DNA of 46,075 nt, counting the filler, from Candidatus Woesearchaeota archaeon (lineage in GTDB: Archaea; Nanobdellota; Nanobdellia; SCGC-AAA011-G17; CAYFGV01), in NCBI GenBank assembly GCA_964342845.1. It is 7 parts of 7 records of this genome, joined end to end, with 100 filler letters (N's around TTAATTAATTAA, not from the genome) between each part and the next. Parts side by side here need not be neighbours in the genome. Positions count along the whole stretch, not along the records: positions 35,841 to 41,656 come from CAYFGV010000027.1; positions 41,757 to 46,075 come from CAYFGV010000028.1; 5 more parts are not named here. The stretch is one strand, 5' to 3'. The translations under genes and the position numbers were made by a program. Shown here piece by piece: positions 41,300 through 46,075 of the stretch; position 1 is the stretch's first letter; each line of letters starts with the position of its first letter. The notes under the pieces were generated by a model. It was not told where the DNA came from and searched no databases. It saw only the letters and a program-made list of their open reading frames with translations.

Positions 41300-41638
41300 A
41301 TGGTTAATAAAATTATAACACCGCAGGAGGTTGAAGTTTTTTACTTTATACCTGCAATAAGAAAGAAAATGGCTGTTTGTTTTAAAAAGCAAGGCTTGCA
41401 ACAAAAAGAGATTGCTCAAATTTTAGGTATTACAGGGGCTGCTGTTAGTCAATATTTACATGAAAAAAGAGCTAAAGAATTTAAATTGCCTAAGAAAATA
41501 GCTAAAGAAATAGAAGAATCTTGTAAGAAAGAGAATAAAAACATAGTAATGGAAATAACTAGAATCTTAAATCTATTAAAGAAAGAAAGATGTAGTTTGT
41601 GTTCTGATTTTAATGAATTTAATTGTAAAGGATGTTAA
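41300..41638 (+). CDS. Archaeal HTH transcriptional regulator with C-terminal cysteines
   Basis: PQE, IPAIR and QKEIAQILGITGAAVSQY..KRA motifs; Cys-rich tail; directly upstream of the iscS start. Confidence 0.85.
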   Translation: MVNKIITPQEVEVFYFIPAIRKKMAVCFKKQGLQQKEIAQILGITGAAVSQYLHEKRAKEFKLPKKIAKEIEESCKKENKNIVMEITRILNLLKKERCSLCSDFNEFNCKGC

Positions 41639-41639
41639 A

Positions 41640-41656
41640 ATGTATTTAGATAATTC
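41640..41656 (+). CDS. iscS: N-terminal stub of cysteine desulfurase (MYLDNS)
   Basis: ATG 1 nt after the regulator stop encodes MYLDNS, matching the IscS start motif YLDN(A/S)ATT; cut by the contig end. Confidence 0.65.
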
Positions 41657-41756
41657 NNNNNNNNNNNNNNNNNNNNNNNNNNNNNNNNNNNNNNNNNNNN
41701 TTAATTAATTAANNNNNNNNNNNNNNNNNNNNNNNNNNNNNNNNNNNNNNNNNNNN
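41657..41756. other. Artificial contig linker
   Basis: N44-TTAATTAATTAA-N44. Confidence 0.98.
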
Positions 41757-42537
41757 TAAAGTAAGTTATTTGGGTGTGGATAGTGGTGGTTTTGTTTCTT
41801 TGGAAGAATTAGAGAGTTTAATTACTAAAGATACTTTTTTGATTAGTATTCAGTATGCTAATAATGAGGTTGGTGTGATTCAAGATGTTAATGGAATAGG
41901 TAAGATAGCTAAAAAACATGGAGTGTGTTTTCATACAGATGCTTGTCAGGCTGGTCAGTTAGATTTAAGTGTTAAAAATATTGATTTAATGACTTTGAAT
42001 TCTAGTAAGGTTTATGGTCCTAAAGGTGTTGGATTGTTATATGTTAGAAAAGGTTTGAAATTAAAACCTATATTATTTGGTGGTGGACAGCAAGGTGGTT
42101 TGAGGTCTGGAACTGAAAATGTTTCTGGTATTATTGGTTTTGCTAAAGCTTTAGAGTTAAGGCAGAAAGATAAAGATTTAGTTAAGTTAAGAGATTATAT
42201 GATTAAAGAAATTTTGAAGATTGATAAAGCTGTTTTAAATGGTGATTCTAAGAGGAGATTACCTAATAATATTAATGTGTCTTTTATAGATGTAGAAGGG
42301 GAGAGTTTAGTTTTGTTATTGAATGAGTCTGAAATTTATTGTTCTACTGGTTCTGCTTGTGCTTCTTCAAAAATAGAACCTTCTCATGTTATTTTAGCTG
42401 TTACTGATAGTCATGAAAGAGCTCATTCTAGTTTAAGGGTTAGTTTTGGTTATGATTTTACTAAGAAAGATGCTGATGTTTTTTTGGATGTTTTGAAGGA
42501 GAGTGTTGAAAAATTAAGGAGGATTTCGCCGTTATGA
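41757..42537 (+). CDS. iscS: Cysteine desulfurase IscS/NifS, 5' truncated
   Basis: ANNEVG, HTDACQ, SKVYGPKG, RSGTEN and STGSAC motifs. Confidence 0.93.
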
Positions 42538-42932
42538 AATGGTTTTATTCGGATAAGGTAAAGGATCATTTTTTGAATCCTAGGAATGTTTTTAAGAGTG
42601 AAGAGGAAGAAAGGAATTTTAAAGCAGATATTGTTGGAGAAGTTGGAAATGTAATGTGTGGAGATATTTTAAAGATTTATTTGAAAGTTAAGGAAGGTAA
42701 GATTGTTGATTGTAAATTTAAGACGTGGGGATGTGCAAGTGCAATTTCTTCTATGTCTATGTTATCTGAGATGATTAAAGGGAAAACCTTGGATGAGGCT
42801 TTGAAAATTAAACCAAAAGATATTACTGGAAATTTAGAAGGTTTGCCTCCGCATAAGGTTCATTGTTCTGTTTTGAGTTTTAAGGCTTTGAGGGAAGCTA
42901 TTGAGAAGTATAAAGAGAAAAATAAGTTTTAG
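42534..42932 (+). CDS. iscU: Fe-S scaffold IscU/NifU-N
   Basis: YS..V.DHF.NPRN, CGD, GCASAI and LPPHKVHCS motifs. Confidence 0.95.
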   Translation: MKWFYSDKVKDHFLNPRNVFKSEEEERNFKADIVGEVGNVMCGDILKIYLKVKEGKIVDCKFKTWGCASAISSMSMLSEMIKGKTLDEALKIKPKDITGNLEGLPPHKVHCSVLSFKALREAIEKYKEKNKF

Positions 42933-42935
42933 AGT

Positions 42936-43400
42936 TTAATTAGTTAAATAATCTGATACATACCCTTTGTATTTTGTTTTTAATTTCTTAGGTAATGTTT
43001 CATAAGAACCAAATTCTCCTCTACAATTTTTGCTTCCACATTTACATTTTAAATCTTTTTTTGACATATTTGCTAGCTTTAATAATTCGGGAGCATAGTT
43101 TGGGACAATCATTGCATAGTCAATAGTAATTTCTTCATCTTTTTTTATATTTCTCATGGCTACAACTTCATTTCTATTTTTAATGCCGCAACTTGGATTA
43201 CATGAATGACATAGATATTTTACTGGAGGAAGAGGATCTATATATAATTCAAAGCCTATAGGAACTGTATACATACTTGGTTTTTTAGTTATTGGTCCGA
43301 ATACTACAAAAACAGTTTCATTTTTCTTGAAACCTCTTTTAGCAAAAATACTTTTTCCATATTTTTTAGTGTCTTTTATATAAATATTATTTTCAAACAT
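42936..43400 (-). CDS. SET-domain methyltransferase with post-SET zinc site
   Basis: GKSIFAKR, YLCHSCNPSC (NHSC variant), EEITIDY and post-SET CKCGSKNCRG. Confidence 0.9.
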   Translation of the reverse strand: MFENNIYIKDTKKYGKSIFAKRGFKKNETVFVVFGPITKKPSMYTVPIGFELYIDPLPPVKYLCHSCNPSCGIKNRNEVVAMRNIKKDEEITIDYAMIVPNYAPELLKLANMSKKDLKCKCGSKNCRGEFGSYETLPKKLKTKYKGYVSDYLTN

Positions 43401-43401
43401 T

Positions 43402-44094
43402 TTAATCAACATAAGCCTCTAATATTGCAGTTTTGTGTTTTATTTTAAGTTTTTTTGTTAATTCTGGAAATGTTTTTCCTTGTAATAAATCAAGAGTTAA
43501 TGCATCTATTTTACCAAGCCCAGGATAAGGAATTAAATCATAAATTACTTTTTTATATTTAAGCCCTTTGATAAAAATAGGGAGTTCATTAAGAACATAG
43601 GAAGATAAAATTTCAAATTCTTTTTTATTAAACTTGAAAATCGTATTTTCTTTAGGAATATCTATTATTTTTTTATAAAATATTGGATTTGTTTTAAATT
43701 CTGTTAGAATAGCTTTTTTAGCAGATTTATATTCTAGATCATTTTCTATATCATTCCATAATAATATGTGGACTTTTTGTTGTTGTTCTTGAGGGAGTTG
43801 TCTTATAATTTTAGCTATAGATTGTTTAATCTCTTTTCCTTTCTTTAATGCAACAGATAAGCTTCTTTTTTTAGTATATTTGTTTCTAACTTCATAATTT
43901 ATAGCATGAATTTTATCGGCAATCAGTATTACAACGTTTTCTTTTGTATTCTCTAAAGCCCAAAGGATATATTCTTTTATATTCTGTTTTGTGAAATATT
44001 TGTTACCTAAGCTTATACCTATCCAAATGTTAAATTTTTTGCTCTCAACTTCCTTTTTATCTGTATTTAGGTAATTTACTATCTTCATGAACAT
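43402..44094 (-). CDS. tRNA-dependent cyclodipeptide synthase (CDPS, XYP-like)
   Basis: 230 aa with IGISLGNKYF (catalytic Ser), ILIAD, YVLNELP (catalytic Tyr/Glu) and a downstream YP. Confidence 0.85.
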   Translation of the reverse strand: MFMKIVNYLNTDKKEVESKKFNIWIGISLGNKYFTKQNIKEYILWALENTKENVVILIADKIHAINYEVRNKYTKKRSLSVALKKGKEIKQSIAKIIRQLPQEQQQKVHILLWNDIENDLEYKSAKKAILTEFKTNPIFYKKIIDIPKENTIFKFNKKEFEILSSYVLNELPIFIKGLKYKKVIYDLIPYPGLGKIDALTLDLLQGKTFPELTKKLKIKHKTAILEAYVD

Positions 44095-44292
44095 TATTAG
44101 TCCAGTATCAATTTATAAAGTTTGTTAAACTTGGTTAATCCAAAAGTTATCTGTTTCCCTCCGCATAAAGTTCATATTTCAGTATATTTAGAATTACTTT
44201 GAGATCTACTAATTACATCAAAACATTTATAAACTCTAACTAAATCTAAAATTTAACCCATTTGTACTACATCAAGTAGGAGGGAAAAATAA

Positions 44293-45063
44293 ATGAATCA
44301 AAAAGCAATCTTAGAATCTGTAAAAAAATTAAGAGAAATCTCAAAGAAAAGAAATTTTTCTCAAACTTTTGATCTAATAATTAATTTACAACATATTAAT
44401 ATTAAAAAACAAGATGAAAAAGTTGATTTGTATATCCCTTTACCTCATGGAGTTAAAAAACCTAAGATTTGTGCTTTAATTGGTAGAGAATTAGAAACAA
44501 AATCTAAAGATTTGTTTTCAAAAGTTATTTTTAAAGAAGAGTTCATAAAATATGGTAAAGATAAGAAATTAACTAGAAAGTTGGCTTCTGAATTTGATTA
44601 TTTTGTAGCACAAGCTAATTTAATGGGAGATATTGCTACTGCTTTTGGTAAAGTTTTAGGTCCTAAAGGGAAAATGCCCAATCCTAAAGCTGGTTGTGTT
44701 GTACCGCCAATTATTCCTGATTTAAAACCTATTGTAACTAAATTAGAAAAAACAGCTAAATTAGAAACAAAAGGTGAATCTATTGTAAAGGCTTCTGTAG
44801 GTAAGGAAGATATGAAAGACGAAGATGTAGTTGAGAACATTTTACTTGTTTTTAATACATTAATACATAAACTTCCTCAAGAAAAAAATAATGTTAAATC
44901 AGTTTACTTGAAATTAACTATGGGTCAGCCAGTAGAGGTTACAGATAAGGGTGTTAAATTAAAAGAAGTTGTTAAAAAAGAAAAGAAAGTTGAAGAAAAG
45001 CCAAAAGTAGAAAAAAAGGTTGAAGAGAAAAAAGAAACAAAGGAAGAACCTAAAGAAAAATGA
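44293..45063 (+). CDS. rpl1: 50S ribosomal protein L1
   Basis: KRNFSQTFDLIINL, GKVLGPKGKMP and KLTMG motifs; charged C-terminal tail. Confidence 0.96.
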   Translation: MNQKAILESVKKLREISKKRNFSQTFDLIINLQHINIKKQDEKVDLYIPLPHGVKKPKICALIGRELETKSKDLFSKVIFKEEFIKYGKDKKLTRKLASEFDYFVAQANLMGDIATAFGKVLGPKGKMPNPKAGCVVPPIIPDLKPIVTKLEKTAKLETKGESIVKASVGKEDMKDEDVVENILLVFNTLIHKLPQEKNNVKSVYLKLTMGQPVEVTDKGVKLKEVVKKEKKVEEKPKVEKKVEEKKETKEEPKEK

Positions 45064-46075
45064 AAGCGCATGTTTCAGAGAAAAAGAAAATAGAAATGAA
45101 GAAGCTGAAAGAGTCAATTAGTAAAAGCTCTGTAATTGGAATTCTAGATATTACTAATCTGCCTTCTGCTCAATTTCAACAAATGAGGAAAAACCTTCCT
45201 GATGTTAATATGAGAATTTCTAAAAAGAGAATAATTAGAATTGCTTTAGATGAATTAAAAGATTCTAAAAAAGGTATTGAATTGTTAATTCCTACTTTAG
45301 AGAATTGTATGCCTGCTTTATTATTATCAGAAGAAAATCCATTTAGGATTGCTTCTATTTTAGCAAAAAATAAGACTTCTGCTCCTGCAAAAGCTGGACA
45401 GATAGCTCCAAATGATTTAGTAATCCCTGCAGGTCCGACTCCTTTTGGTCCAGGACCTATAATTGGAGAATTAGGACAAGCTGGCATTAAAACAGCTATA
45501 GAAGATGGAAAAATAGTTGTTCAAGAAGATGCTGTTGTTGCTAAGAAAGGAGATGAAATTAGTCAGAAAATTTCAGACTTATTATCTAAATTTGGAATAG
45601 AACCTATGGAAATAGGTTTGAATATAATAGCTATATTTGAAAATGGTTTAGTTTATTCTTCAGATGTATTATCTGTTGATGAAGAAGAATATAAAAATAA
45701 TATTTTATTAGGCCACCAAGAGGCATTTAGTTTAGCTTTAGGAGTAGGTTACTTAACTGAAGATACTGTTCCTGTTTTAATTAAAAAGGCTTATAAAGAG
45801 GCTAAATGTTTAAGTGAAGGGGCCGGGATTTTAACTGAAGAAACAGTTAAACCTTTGGTTTCCAAAGGTGTTAGTGAAGCTAATTTACTAAAATCAAAAC
45901 TTAATATTCCTGAAGAATCAAAAGATCAAGTAAAAGAAGAAGTTAAATCAGAAGAGAAAGATTCTGAGAAGAAGACAACACCAAACGAAGGACTAGCAAA
46001 TTATTCAGAAGAAGATTCAAAGAAGGCTCAGGAAGTTATCAAAAAAATGAAAGATAATAATATTGGAGGTAATTA
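45060..46075 (+). CDS. rpl10: 50S ribosomal protein L10 (P0); reaches the window end
   Basis: Not in the ORF track because no stop falls inside the window. MKAHVSEKK, APAKAGQIAP.D and PAGPTPFGPGP motifs; ATGA overlap with rpl1; GGAGGT SD near the end, presumably for rpl12. Confidence 0.93.
   Translation, partial: MKAHVSEKKKIEMKKLKESISKSSVIGILDITNLPSAQFQQMRKNLPDVNMRISKKRIIRIALDELKDSKKGIELLIPTLENCMPALLLSEENPFRIASILAKNKTSAPAKAGQIAPNDLVIPAGPTPFGPGPIIGELGQAGIKTAIEDGKIVVQEDAVVAKKGDEISQKISDLLSKFGIEPMEIGLNIIAIFENGLVYSSDVLSVDEEEYKNNILLGHQEAFSLALGVGYLTEDTVPVLIKKAYKEAKCLSEGAGILTEETVKPLVSKGVSEANLLKSKLNIPEESKDQVKEEVKSEEKDSEKKTTPNEGLANYSEEDSKKAQEVIKKMKDNNIGGN

Noticed and set aside
44120..44290. Micro-ORF or L1 leader structure between the CDPS and rpl1 genes
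   Set aside because: Only a 16-codon frame and a 4-bp hairpin were found; the region is explained by two divergent promoters.
45176..45487. 103-aa minus-strand ORF
   Set aside because: Antisense shadow of rpl10.

Overview
AT-rich genomic DNA from a DPANN archaeon, most likely Nanoarchaeota (Woesearchaeales/Pacearchaeales-like). The evidence is a fused PriS-PriL primase, archaeal informational genes (Alba, S17e, L14e, L30e, RpoA'', RpoE', Spt4, GatE, aEF-2, Cdc6/Orc1, NreA) and TATA-box, mostly leaderless promoters. The window is not contiguous. It holds seven contigs (1-8712, 8813-16256, 16357-23145, 23246-29518, 29619-35740, 35841-41656, 41757-46075) joined by artificial 100-nt N44-TTAATTAATTAA-N44 linkers, and the complete internal contigs are ordered by decreasing length. 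Three split genes (EF-2, gyrA, iscS) let the contigs be re-joined. Housekeeping genes are interspersed with four toxin-antitoxin pairs plus a probable fifth antitoxin, a bacterial-type DNA gyrase, TldD/TldE, a U32 protein, IscS/IscU and an SRP RNA. The strongest novelty candidate is a tightly coupled two-gene operon encoding a tRNA-dependent cyclodipeptide synthase and a SET-domain methyltransferase (42936-44094). Other notable items are a protamine/Hc2-like arginine-rich repeat protein facing two unannotated micro-ORFs next to cdc6, an SRP RNA apparently lacking helix 6, an ORF wedged between gyrB and gyrA, and three related AbrB antitoxins each paired with a different toxin fold. All family calls rest on motif recognition by eye; no database search was run.
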